Notes: a model not told the origin generated them from the sequence alone. A stretch of 64,000 bases of DNA from Candidatus Heimdallarchaeota archaeon (GCA_019056785.1 DXJV01000059.1:32001-96000); one strand, 5' to 3'; counted from the stretch's first letter, positions 30,242 to 40,247 are shown. Program-made: numbers and translations.

Positions 30242-31504
30242 TTAATAGTCTAATTTGTCGAAAAGGCGCATTGTGTCTGGCTCGATTTCCATCTCATCGA
30301 GGAAGCGCATAGCTGCCCTGTTTGGATCACTCGAGCGATAAATGTATCTACCCACGATAATGATATCAGCACCGGCTTTCAATGCATCATTTAATGGTTT
30401 GCCGGGTTTCAAACCTCCAGCAACTGCTGCCAGTCCGCCAGTAATCTTTTTGATTTGTTTAATGTCGCCCCAAACGCTTCGTGAAGCAGACGTGCCTTCT
30501 TTCTTTGCTGCGCCGGTTTTCTGAGCATCTTCTTGATCAATGCCACGATGAAGAATAACCACTTTTGGCTTTTCTTTTAAGCGTCCCAGCATCGCCAGAA
30601 ATTCTGTCTGTGTGGTATTAAGAGAGTCAATCCAGGCATGGACTCCTCGTTTATTACAGGCACGAATGAACTCGGCAATGGTGCTTTCCGGAGCAATCCC
30701 GGACACTACAACCGCATTTGCAGTGGCATCTGCAGCAGCATTTACTTCCGCTCGTCCTACATCGAGAGTTTTCATATCAGCAATAATGTACGCGCCCGGT
30801 TTGATCTGGCGCATTCGACCGACAGTTTCTTCAATGCCGTATTTTTTGATGTAAGGTGTACCAATTTCAATGATGATCCGCTCTGACTTTGGTAGTTGTT
30901 CAACAATTTTAACTGCTTGAGATAGCGAACCAACATCTAAAGCTATTTGTAAATAAGGCGGGTTCCAAAGAGTTTGTGGTTTGAATTTCATCACGGGATG
31001 CTTAGCACGGTCCTTTTCAGCAATGAGTTTCTTGAGTGGTGGATAGTCGCTTAGAGCACGCTTAATTGCTAAGCGGGTAGCACCATAATTGTAATAATAA
31101 ATTTTGGATTCATCTTCGGCTTTTGGATGAATGTATACACTAACAATAATAACATATTTGAAAAGCTTCTCTTGGGGAATGTCACCTTCTGCAGCGGCAT
31201 CGGCGACGGCTTTAGCAACAGCCATTTGTGCCGGGCCAAAAATCTTTCCCGCTTGGTCGAGATTTTCAATTGTTACTTTCGGGACAATAAGTGTACGGGG
31301 GTGCGGTTGCAAGTTTGGTTTTATTAATGCTAACAAGGGTGTGTGGCCTTGTGAAAGCTGTGTCATACCATTTGCAAAAGCATGACCAACCGGTCCATCC
31401 TTATCGCCGATCATTAGATCAACATGCGCAAGTTCATTTCCCTTTCCCTGTAAAGCTTCACCTATGAAAAAGTCTGCCAATTTTTTTAAAACCACCGGGG
31501 TCAT
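30242..31504 (-). CDS. fae-hps: Bifunctional formaldehyde-activating enzyme / 3-hexulose-6-phosphate synthase
   Basis: Fae: GEAL.G.GNE.AH.DL.IG, GHTPLLA, PKVT, FGPAQ.AVAKAVAD, NYGAT; HPS: LQIALD, EIGTP, ADMKTLD, HRGID, AGG, VGR. Confidence 0.95.
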   Translation of the reverse strand: MTPVVLKKLADFFIGEALQGKGNELAHVDLMIGDKDGPVGHAFANGMTQLSQGHTPLLALIKPNLQPHPRTLIVPKVTIENLDQAGKIFGPAQMAVAKAVADAAAEGDIPQEKLFKYVIIVSVYIHPKAEDESKIYYYNYGATRLAIKRALSDYPPLKKLIAEKDRAKHPVMKFKPQTLWNPPYLQIALDVGSLSQAVKIVEQLPKSERIIIEIGTPYIKKYGIEETVGRMRQIKPGAYIIADMKTLDVGRAEVNAAADATANAVVVSGIAPESTIAEFIRACNKRGVHAWIDSLNTTQTEFLAMLGRLKEKPKVVILHRGIDQEDAQKTGAAKKEGTSASRSVWGDIKQIKKITGGLAAVAGGLKPGKPLNDALKAGADIIIVGRYIYRSSDPNRAAMRFLDEMEIEPDTMRLFDKLDY

Positions 31505-31772
31505 TTTTTTTACTTTGTGTGTTAACTTCGAAGGCTTAACTTTATTAAGTTATCTAATTTTGTAATAATTCCCAGATAATATTTTCAAGAGAAGAAGGCT
31601 TAGAAATGTTAAAAGCTGGGAGACCTGTTGCTCTTTTTTATTCTTTGATTGGAAATGCTATCATATTGAAACATAATCAAATTCGAGATTACTTTTTCAA
31701 GCAACAATGATGAATTCAGATTTTTTTCATAAGAATGTCTATGCAAATTGTCATTCATTTGTACCATTGTGA

Positions 31773-32564
31773 TTAATATTTCATGCTAATTCTCTTTTGA
31801 ATCTCCTTCTCGAAATTTGTTGTTCGATAGAATTTCTCGCGGAGCATAGAAAGAAGTATCTTTAGATACGCCTTTTTTACATCATAAAAATCTCTGGCCG
31901 GAACCTCAGAAATTCCTCCACCTGGGAAATGAATTTCGTATTTCTTAACTAAACCTAGAAATTTCTTCTTTAAATGAATGCTATTTGCAGCAATTTCATT
32001 TGCTTCCAAAGATAATTGATAATCAATGGCTTTTGCTTCGAGGAGAAGTTCTCTTTCAAGCTCAGATGAGATTTTCCCTGTGAATTTTGGTAAGAAGATT
32101 TTTTGCAAATAATCTTCAACAGTGATAAAAATTTTCAATCCATCATCTGTTAGTTGAGTAAAATAGCTACGTAGTACAGTCAAAGTTTGCTGGGTATTCT
32201 TCTCAATTGTCTTTAAGATTTCACTACTTGGTAAGAAAAAAACAGTTACTAAGGGTAAAATGTCACTCCCAACGGGATTAGGGTTATAAGAATAATATAG
32301 ATCGTTTATAATACTAGCAATAATTTGCTCTCTCTTAAACTGCCTTTTTCGCTTGCATTGTTGGTTAGTTGAGGCCGAAGCGATGCAAATAAACTCCCCT
32401 TCGATTAACAAACCAATTTCAGGTGCAACAGAAACAAGCTCCTCCTCTGAAATTTGGCAAATTGTTGCCACCCAATTAAGTCTGGCTTTCTTTTGTTTCT
32501 TAACTAAATCATAAATCTCTGACTTCTTTGCAGGAGAAATGGTGTCCAAAATAAATCCCCACAT
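31773..32564 (-). CDS. Hypothetical protein, possible N-terminal winged helix
   Basis: 263-aa ORF filling the gap; HTH-like ARLNWVATICQISEEEL. Confidence 0.55.
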   Translation of the reverse strand: MWGFILDTISPAKKSEIYDLVKKQKKARLNWVATICQISEEELVSVAPEIGLLIEGEFICIASASTNQQCKRKRQFKREQIIASIINDLYYSYNPNPVGSDILPLVTVFFLPSSEILKTIEKNTQQTLTVLRSYFTQLTDDGLKIFITVEDYLQKIFLPKFTGKISSELERELLLEAKAIDYQLSLEANEIAANSIHLKKKFLGLVKKYEIHFPGGGISEVPARDFYDVKKAYLKILLSMLREKFYRTTNFEKEIQKRISMKY

Positions 32565-32782
32565 AAAACTGTGTTTTGGTATTCACCTTTTTTCAAAATT
32601 TAAAATTTTTTATTATTCGAACAGGTGAAATTTCTTTGAAAGATTCCTATGAGAGTGCTTATCTTTTCCCATATAAAAAAGCGTTTTTATTTTCCATTTC
32701 AGGAGAGTTTTCAAACCAATTCTAAACGGAAATTTTTATTTAATGAAAAAACATAATTACCTAAATACGAAGGCAGTTTATT

Positions 32783-33661
32783 ATGTGGCGAAAAAGCCCC
32801 GTCCCCTTTCTAAAAGGGAAGAGACCTCTTGTAATGGCACATCGGGGGGACAGTGCAAATACCCCTGAAAACAGTCTACGGGCATATGAAGACGCTTACA
32901 AGTTGAAAGTGGATGTTATAGAAACAGATTTGAGAATCACACGTGATGATGAAATTGTCTTTTTTCATGATGCTCGCGTAGACCGGACGACAAATGGGAA
33001 GGGTACAGTGAAATCTCTAACGCTTAGAGAACTCAAAAAATTAGATATGGGCTATCGTTTCAAAGGTGTTGGGGAATTGGAGGGAAGTTATCCTTTTCGA
33101 GGAAAGGGATTACAAATCCAAACGCTTGAAGAAGTCCTGACCCGCTTCCCAGATATGAAATTTAATATGGACATAAAAGACACTCTTTCGCGTGCCCCGA
33201 CAGTCTTGGCTCGAAAAATCAAAGAGTTAAATGCCGAAGATCGAGTAATGATTGGTTCTTTCCATCACAAACAACTTAAAGGCTTTCGACTCCAGTCAGG
33301 TGCTCCGACTAGTGCAAGCCCTCAAGAGGTCTGGAAATTCAAAAGAGGTGTTTACAGGTGGTTCAAGAAGAATAAGCCTTTCACGTTCTCTGATGACCTT
33401 GTTTTGGAGCAAGAAGAAGTTGTGGGAGAGCCATTGCCTTACTTTGCGTTGCAAATTCCAGAAAAAATCTTTGGCATGAGAATTTTTTATGGTCCTGAAT
33501 TTTTCAAACTATGCCATTTAGTTGAAATTGCTGTACATATTTGGACAGTAAATGAGCCCGGCGACATGTTCAGGCTGCTTGATTGGGGTGTTGATGGTAT
33601 ATTCTCAGATAAACCGAAGATGCTTTTAGATATTGTTAATTTCAAATTTGGCTCCAAATAG
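32783..33661 (+). CDS. Glycerophosphodiester phosphodiesterase (GDPD)
   Basis: AHRG...PENS; ETDLR.TRD...V.FHD...RTT; WTVN; GVDGIFSDKP. Confidence 0.95.
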   Translation: MWRKSPVPFLKGKRPLVMAHRGDSANTPENSLRAYEDAYKLKVDVIETDLRITRDDEIVFFHDARVDRTTNGKGTVKSLTLRELKKLDMGYRFKGVGELEGSYPFRGKGLQIQTLEEVLTRFPDMKFNMDIKDTLSRAPTVLARKIKELNAEDRVMIGSFHHKQLKGFRLQSGAPTSASPQEVWKFKRGVYRWFKKNKPFTFSDDLVLEQEEVVGEPLPYFALQIPEKIFGMRIFYGPEFFKLCHLVEIAVHIWTVNEPGDMFRLLDWGVDGIFSDKPKMLLDIVNFKFGSK

Positions 33662-33680
33662 CATACCAAATAAATGATTT

Positions 33681-33798
33681 TTTTATACATGCAAGTCACA
33701 TTATGTGACCTCACAAGAAGAAGTCTCTTTTTGAGTCCCCAAAAAGTGAATTTTCTTTTTATATGGTAACTATTAGTGACTAATTATGACTCATAATT
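33681..33798 (+). promoter_or_regulatory. Two TATA-like boxes, each followed by a GTNAC-N5-GTGAC operator-like palindrome, plus a third perfect palindrome
   Basis: GTCACATTATGTGAC 33695-33709; GTAACTATTAGTGAC 33766-33780; AATTATGA-C-TCATAATT 33782-33798; TTTTATA at 33681 and 33757. Confidence 0.65.
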
Positions 33799-33803
33799 TG
33801 TGA

Positions 33804-34979
33804 ATGAAAATGGTTATTCATCAACGAATAGAAATACCAAAAAGAAAGAAGGTCAAATTAACAGAAGTAGATGGCGACCTGAAAATTGGCAAGGGAGCTT
33901 TTCTAATAGCTGAGAAAGGGACAATTATAGTCCATGGTCGAATTAAGAACAATGGGGGATTCAAATGTAAAGGTAATCTTGAAGCACGCTCATTAGAAAC
34001 CAAGTCAGGTTCGGTGTTTGTGTTCGGCGATCTAACATGTCAAAGAGAGGTTACTATTGGAAAGAAGCTTGTTGTAAATGGTAAAATTACCGCAGAAGAA
34101 GTTTCGGCAGGGAAAGCAGTTATAGTTTTTAAAGGAGCTAAAGTTGATAAAATTACTGCTGGTTCACGAATTATTATTAAGGGAACAAACAACGTAGAAC
34201 AGCTACGAGCAGGTGGCCTTGTCCGATTAATTGGCGAAAATCATCTACAAGCAGTAAATGCAGGTAGGAAAGTTAGCCTTTTAGGAAACACTTTTGTTGA
34301 AAATGTCAGGGCAGGTTTCAGTATTTTCTTTGAAAAAGGAAAAATTGAGCGTGCGAGTGCAGGCTTTTCTATCACAATAAAAGGGCCGGCTGAAATTGCG
34401 ACAGCAAATGCTGGGTTCCAAATAAAATTCCTGAATAAAATATCAATCGAAAAAGCAAATGCAGGCTTTCGGATCAAAGCTTTCCAACCAGTCACTTTTC
34501 AGAAAATGAATGCTGGCTTTCAAATTACCCTCTTAAAAGAAAGCTCAGGACAGGCAATAAATGCAGGTTTTAAAATAAGTGCTTTGGAGAACTTGGCAAT
34601 TGAGGATCGTCTTTCCGCAGGACACAAATGCAAGCTGAGACAATTAACGTGCACAGTTATCTCTGCAGGCAAAAAAATTGTCGCGAAAAAAATTATTGCC
34701 AACTCATTTGCTGTTGCCAAAAAGGGAGTCGTTAAAGGAATCATTATTGCAGATGAAGTGCTACTAAAAGAAAAAGCTCGAGCAAGCAACATATATGCAA
34801 AAGAATTGACATTGTACGAAGAGAGCGTTGCAAGAAACGTCTATGCAGAAAAAATCACCCTCGAAAATTATGCTAAGCTTAAAGGGAAAGTGTTTTATGT
34901 TAAAGAATTAAACGCCGAACCGAAAGCAAAAATAAAAACGAAACCGATTCAAGTCAGCGAATTGCCATCACCACCTTAA
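33804..34979 (+). CDS. Long beta-helix (bactofilin/polymer-forming cytoskeletal-like) protein A
   Basis: About 12 central 17-aa repeats with an xAG turn (e.g. EKANAGFRIKAFQPVTF) plus flanking windings. Confidence 0.7.
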   Translation: MKMVIHQRIEIPKRKKVKLTEVDGDLKIGKGAFLIAEKGTIIVHGRIKNNGGFKCKGNLEARSLETKSGSVFVFGDLTCQREVTIGKKLVVNGKITAEEVSAGKAVIVFKGAKVDKITAGSRIIIKGTNNVEQLRAGGLVRLIGENHLQAVNAGRKVSLLGNTFVENVRAGFSIFFEKGKIERASAGFSITIKGPAEIATANAGFQIKFLNKISIEKANAGFRIKAFQPVTFQKMNAGFQITLLKESSGQAINAGFKISALENLAIEDRLSAGHKCKLRQLTCTVISAGKKIVAKKIIANSFAVAKKGVVKGIIIADEVLLKEKARASNIYAKELTLYEESVARNVYAEKITLENYAKLKGKVFYVKELNAEPKAKIKTKPIQVSELPSPP

Positions 34980-35148
34980 ATTCTAAAACAGATCTAATAT
35001 CCAGAAAAGAGAAAAAGCTTTCAAAAACATACAGAAGATAAGAGTATGTCGATCATTCGATGCTTTTTCTTAATTAAGAAGGAATAGACATAAAAATAAA
35101 CATACGAATTGTTGGATACATTTTGTGAATAGACTTTAAAAAACGACA

Positions 35149-36351
35149 ATGAAAAAATCCTTAGAAGGCTTCCTAATGTACGAACTGGTAGTAAAAAAAG
35201 GACAACAGGTAACCCTTAGTAAAGTTAATGGAAATCTGTTAATAAATGACAATGCCGAACTTATCGCTGAAGAGAGTACCATTAAAGTCGAGGGTGCAAT
35301 TGTTGTTAAAGGGCATTTTTTCTGTAAGGGAAATCTTCAGGCCCAAAGCCTTGAAGCACGGAAAGGCAGTGGGGAAATTCTTGGTAATTTGGAGTTGCAT
35401 CATTTTGCTATTGTTGGAAATAGTCTTGATATTGGCGGGAATTTTTCATGCCCTGACATTTCCGTTGGAAATAGTCTTCACATTGAGGTAGATGTTACTG
35501 CAAAGACAATAAAAGTAGGGAATAAACTTCGAGTTGGAGGAGCAGCAAAAGTTGAGACTGTAAAGGCCGGCGGAATTGCTAAAATTTTTGGCAGAGCAAC
35601 AATTGGTACTCTAATTGTTGGTGGTACTGCAAAGCTACTTGATACTGCAGAAATAAAGGAATTGAAGGTTGGTGGGGTTGCTAAAATAGCCGGCGGAAAA
35701 ATTGCTGTGATTAAAGTTGGTGGAGCCTTACAGGTAGCGGACGAATTTGAAGCTGAACAAATTGACGTTGGTGGTTCGGCTTCTTTTAAGGCCCATGCAA
35801 AGGTAGGCAATGTTGAAATTGGTGGAAACTTAACTTGTGCGACAGACCTCAAGTTTAGAACCATTGATGTGGGGGGAGGGATGAGCGTAGAGGGAAATCT
35901 TATGGGTGAAAGTTTGAAGGTGGGTGGGATAATAAAATGCGGCGGTAAATTGACATGTGAAAAACGACTTGTTGTTGGCGGTCAATGCAAAAGTACTCTC
36001 ACAATTAAAGCAAAAGAAATTGATGTCAATAAAAAAATTGATGCTCCAACAATAGTGGCACAGTTTTTCAAGTTGAGACGACGAGGAACAGCCATTGGAA
36101 CAATCGTTGCTAAGAATGTTATCATTGGTTCTCGTGCAACAATTGAAGACGTCTTTGGTGAGGAGATCTTATTGGAAGAGTATTCCAAGGCTAACAACCT
36201 TTATGGCGCGAACATTTCGTTAGAAGAAGGCGTAAAGGTTACAGGTGAAATACTCTATCAAACATCTTTATATCAGGATTCAACTACTAGCATTAAAACC
36301 CCTCCAAAACAAGTGCAACAGTTACCCCCGCCTTTTGGGGCAGAGCAGTAG
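35149..36351 (+). CDS. Long beta-helix (bactofilin/polymer-forming cytoskeletal-like) protein B, paralogue of A
   Basis: About 12 central 17-aa repeats with a VGG/VGN turn; N-cap and C-terminal P.QV..LP.P shared with A; start possibly ATG 35176. Confidence 0.7.
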   Translation: MKKSLEGFLMYELVVKKGQQVTLSKVNGNLLINDNAELIAEESTIKVEGAIVVKGHFFCKGNLQAQSLEARKGSGEILGNLELHHFAIVGNSLDIGGNFSCPDISVGNSLHIEVDVTAKTIKVGNKLRVGGAAKVETVKAGGIAKIFGRATIGTLIVGGTAKLLDTAEIKELKVGGVAKIAGGKIAVIKVGGALQVADEFEAEQIDVGGSASFKAHAKVGNVEIGGNLTCATDLKFRTIDVGGGMSVEGNLMGESLKVGGIIKCGGKLTCEKRLVVGGQCKSTLTIKAKEIDVNKKIDAPTIVAQFFKLRRRGTAIGTIVAKNVIIGSRATIEDVFGEEILLEEYSKANNLYGANISLEEGVKVTGEILYQTSLYQDSTTSIKTPPKQVQQLPPPFGAEQ

Positions 36352-36473
36352 GCTATTACAGGATATAAAAAGTAATTTTAAGTTAGGCAAAAATTCTTAA
36401 GTGTTTAATTTGATAACATACAAAAATATTAAATGCAATATCAAACAAATCTTCAAAAAGAGGAGGATATCAA

Positions 36474-37565
36474 TTGATTAAGACCTTAAAAAGAATGTCA
36501 AGAGTCTATATCTTTACCTTTGCACTTATTTTTATAACTGCTGCTTCAACTTACACCGCAATGGGTGCAACAGATTTTAAAGGAATAAAATCTATCAAGC
36601 CAGGTTTGAATAATGCCTTCCGGTATTCGATCAGGAATTTCAAGAATCAGCGATTCACTATAAGTGTATTCTTTAATGAAACTGTACCTACTTCTTATTG
36701 GCTCTTAGTTTTTTGTATTGACAGACAAACCTTGACAGATCTCGAGCAAGGAAGGTTGACGCCTTACAATCTTACTGAGACCTCAGGAGAATATCTCTTT
36801 TATTATAATGTCTCACATTCAGAATATTTTGAAGTAACAGAAGTCATTCCTGATTGGGAAGAATGGACGTTTATGTTTTTAAACTTGAATGAAAATGAAA
36901 TGATGACTTATATTACCATTAAAAGACAGCATGTTTTATGGTGGCTGGGTCTCCTCCTCCCACTGCTTGCCATTGGCGGTTTAGTTTCCTATTATGTAGC
37001 AGAACGAGTCACAAGATATGAACGTGCAAGAATGGATAATGAGAAAGCCATTAAAAAACTCTCCAGCAGGAAAGAAAGCGAACGAAAGAAAGGTGCTTAT
37101 TGGCTTATTAGTAATGGTACAGAAAAAGAAATAGAAATTTTACGTAAAAAATTGGATGATGCCAATCCCATCGTACGGGAAAATGCTGCCTTTGCCTTAG
37201 GTGGGATTTCGAAACGGCTTGGAGATAAGAGCTCTTCAAAGATTCTCCTGGAAAAATACAAAGTAGAAACAGAGTTGCCCGTTAAAGAAAGCATTGTTGG
37301 TGCTCTCTGTGATGTTGGCGATATTTCAGCATTGTCTATTTTCGAAAAATATCTTCATAGCGAACATAATGAACAGCTGAGATATAAAATTGCTACTGCT
37401 TTGGGTGACATTGGGCACATTAAAGCTGCAGCTACTCTGGTAAAAGTTTTAGAAAATAAAAATACTGATGCACTAAAATTTGCTGCAAGAAGATCTCTCG
37501 AGAAAATTGCTAAAAATACAAGTGAATCCGTTGAAAGTTTGATTAACAAATATTCCAAAAAGTAA
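36474..37565 (+). CDS. Single-pass membrane protein with extracellular beta domain and cytoplasmic HEAT repeats
   Basis: AGGAGG plus TTG start; signal peptide; TM WWLGLLLPLLAIGGLV; D.NP.VRENAAFALG-type HEAT repeats. Confidence 0.8.
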   Translation: MIKTLKRMSRVYIFTFALIFITAASTYTAMGATDFKGIKSIKPGLNNAFRYSIRNFKNQRFTISVFFNETVPTSYWLLVFCIDRQTLTDLEQGRLTPYNLTETSGEYLFYYNVSHSEYFEVTEVIPDWEEWTFMFLNLNENEMMTYITIKRQHVLWWLGLLLPLLAIGGLVSYYVAERVTRYERARMDNEKAIKKLSSRKESERKKGAYWLISNGTEKEIEILRKKLDDANPIVRENAAFALGGISKRLGDKSSSKILLEKYKVETELPVKESIVGALCDVGDISALSIFEKYLHSEHNEQLRYKIATALGDIGHIKAAATLVKVLENKNTDALKFAARRSLEKIAKNTSESVESLINKYSKK

Positions 37566-37688
37566 ACTTTCAACTCTTTACTCTTTTTTTTTCTCGAGAA
37601 TTTTTTTCAATTTCGTTCTTTCCCTTAAGAAAAAGTTCACTCATTTTTCTATTTGGCAAAAAACCTTTATATTATCTAATTAAATAAT

Positions 37689-39125
37689 ATGCAACTAGCC
37701 AACAATCAATTTTCAACGGTATCCCTCAAAATGAAGAAGGAGAGCACTGTTTTGTCAGGTGAAATCTATCAAAAAATCTTGAAAGAAAATTCATATGAAA
37801 AGATGAAGGAGAAAAAGACAGGTTTGGTGGGGGTTCGTGTAGATATTAACAGCCCTTTAAGTGTAGATGAAATCGATGGGAAAATCTACAAACGGGTTGT
37901 TAAAAGCCCTAGAATGGATGTTTGCGCGGAAACAATTGTAAAAATAACAAAAATGGGTTATGTGCCGGTGATCTTTGCTCATCAGGGACGATACACGAAA
38001 GATGGTCCGGATGCAAATTGTATTTCGCTCGAGTCACATGCTGACCTGCTTAATGGGATGTTGCACAACATCAATGTCCATTTTCAAAACGATTCGCTCC
38101 AAAATTTGAGTGAATATGATTTCATTGGACTTCAACCTGGCGATGCTGTTGTCTTAGAAAATACCCGGATGGAAATGATTCCTAATGTAGGAAGTTTGGA
38201 AAACAATTTAGAAGAAGGGCGAAAGATTTTCAATAAGGTTTTCGACCCTATTTTTGACTATTATATTATTGATGCCTTTCCAACTTCACATAGAGCAAAC
38301 ACCTCCTTAGCACCAGTTTTTGATACGACACCTATTCTTTTTGGACCGGAATTTATCAAAGAATTTGAGCAAATAGAGCGCATTCGTAAGCGCTTATATT
38401 CCTCTCAACCAATTATGTTTGGTTTTGGTGGGGCGAAATTTGATAAACTGGAGAATATGAAAAAGATTCTTTCGAGGAAAAATGTCATTGCTTTCTTTGG
38501 TGGTATTCCTGCTCAACTCTTACTTCGAGCAGGGGGCTATTCTTTGGGAAAATTAAATAATGAATTCTTGGAAAATCGCGGGGTAGATGTTGCTAAAGAA
38601 TTGCTTGAAGTGCTAAAAAATGGCGCAGATTTTTATCTTCCAATTGACTTTACAGTTAAGATTGGTGACGCTGGAAGAACCATTCGAACGCTTAGCATTG
38701 CAGATGTAGCTAAACATGATGATGGAATGATCCTCGACATAGGTGAACACACTGTAAATTATTTCATTAATGATATTATTCTCTCCTTTCTGTCCTCTTC
38801 CTCTGGAATGTTCATTAAGAATAATAATGACCTAAAAGAGTTCGAGTGGTGTTTTGTTCAAGCTGGGCCCTTCGGCAAGGTGGACGAATATGGTTTGAAT
38901 ACCTTGCCCTTCATCGCTCGATTGCTGAAAAAGGATCTAAATATAACAATCTTAGGCGGTGATTCTGCAGCCTATATGCGTACCAGTGGCTTTGGAGATG
39001 CAATCGAGGTTATTCTCAGTGGTGGTGCAGCGTTGTCCTATCTTGCTACTGGGAAAATCAAATGTATCGATAAAAACCCCAACTTCCGAAAATATTTTGA
39101 CCAGGCAACAACTAAAAAAGAATAA
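37689..39125 (+). CDS. pgk: Phosphoglycerate kinase (divergent)
   Basis: VRVDINSP; HQGR; LENTR; DAF..SHR; GGAK; LDIG; GP.G; GGDS; GGA. Confidence 0.85.
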   Translation: MQLANNQFSTVSLKMKKESTVLSGEIYQKILKENSYEKMKEKKTGLVGVRVDINSPLSVDEIDGKIYKRVVKSPRMDVCAETIVKITKMGYVPVIFAHQGRYTKDGPDANCISLESHADLLNGMLHNINVHFQNDSLQNLSEYDFIGLQPGDAVVLENTRMEMIPNVGSLENNLEEGRKIFNKVFDPIFDYYIIDAFPTSHRANTSLAPVFDTTPILFGPEFIKEFEQIERIRKRLYSSQPIMFGFGGAKFDKLENMKKILSRKNVIAFFGGIPAQLLLRAGGYSLGKLNNEFLENRGVDVAKELLEVLKNGADFYLPIDFTVKIGDAGRTIRTLSIADVAKHDDGMILDIGEHTVNYFINDIILSFLSSSSGMFIKNNNDLKEFEWCFVQAGPFGKVDEYGLNTLPFIARLLKKDLNITILGGDSAAYMRTSGFGDAIEVILSGGAALSYLATGKIKCIDKNPNFRKYFDQATTKKE

Positions 39126-39170
39126 AAATAGCTAATCATTAGTTCGGATCTTAAAGAAGGAATTTGCTTC

Positions 39171-40247
39171 ATGTCTCTCCCTGGATATACTATCAGCATT
39201 TTGGAGAAGCCAACAGCTAAGGAAAAAAAGCGAATAAGTAGTTTTCTTGAAACGATCGGTCTCGAGTATGAAGAAACGGTGGAGGTAAGTATAATCATCA
39301 CCGATGAAACCACTAACGAAATTGTTGGGACAGGCAGTTTTGAAGGGATGGTGATAAAATGTATGGGCGTGTCGCCTGCCCATCGTGGCCTTGGCTTTTC
39401 AGCTCATCTGCTCTCGTTGTTAGTAAAAGAAGAATTCAGAAGAGGGAGAGAACATCTCTTTATTTTCACGAGCCCAAAAAACCTGGATGAATCTTCAGGA
39501 AATGTTTTTAGTGGTTTTAAATTGATCGCTCAAACAGACGAGATTGCACTCCTCGAGATGGGACCGCAAACCATTCAAGATTATCTCGAGCAATTAAAAG
39601 GGGAATTGGACCGGAAAATAACCACATTCTCAATAAAACCAGCGCAAATTGGTGCTATTGTCGTTAATTGTAATCCTTTTACTTTAGGACACCAGTATCT
39701 AATCGAAACTGCTGCTAAAGAATGTGACCTACTTATTGTTTTTGTTGTGACAGAAAATCGCTCTGTTTTTCCAACAGACGTACGTTTACAATTGGTAAAG
39801 GAAGGCACAAAGCATATCGAAAATGTTCTCGTCCTAGAAGGTGGAGAATACATTATATCACAAGCAACTTTCCCCCGATACTTTATGAAAGAATCCGGAA
39901 ATATCTCACTTGCACAAGCGCGATTAGATGTAACGATTTTTGCTGAATACATCGTTCCAGCGTTGAAAATTACTAGGCGCTATGTTGGCGAAGAACCTTT
40001 TTGCCCGGTAACACATGCTTATAATCAAGCAATGCAAGAAATTTTGGTCCCAAAAGGAATTGAGCTTAAAATTATCCCTCGAAAAGAATTGGATGGAGAG
40101 GCAATTAGTGCTTCTAAAGTTCGGAAATTACTGGTTGAAGGGAAATTTGACGCGATTGCTAAAATCGTTCCAAAAACGACATTGGATTTTCTCCGCTCAC
40201 CTGCAGCAAAACCAATAATTAAAAAAATAAAAGAGAAGAGTGGTTAG
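39171..40247 (+). CDS. citC: [Citrate (pro-3S)-lyase] ligase (ACP acetylating enzyme)
   Basis: N-terminal GNAT-like domain; NCNPFTLGHQYLIE; YIISQATFP.YF.K; RYVGEEPFCPVT..YN..M; ISASKVR. Confidence 0.93.
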   Translation: MSLPGYTISILEKPTAKEKKRISSFLETIGLEYEETVEVSIIITDETTNEIVGTGSFEGMVIKCMGVSPAHRGLGFSAHLLSLLVKEEFRRGREHLFIFTSPKNLDESSGNVFSGFKLIAQTDEIALLEMGPQTIQDYLEQLKGELDRKITTFSIKPAQIGAIVVNCNPFTLGHQYLIETAAKECDLLIVFVVTENRSVFPTDVRLQLVKEGTKHIENVLVLEGGEYIISQATFPRYFMKESGNISLAQARLDVTIFAEYIVPALKITRRYVGEEPFCPVTHAYNQAMQEILVPKGIELKIIPRKELDGEAISASKVRKLLVEGKFDAIAKIVPKTTLDFLRSPAAKPIIKKIKEKSG

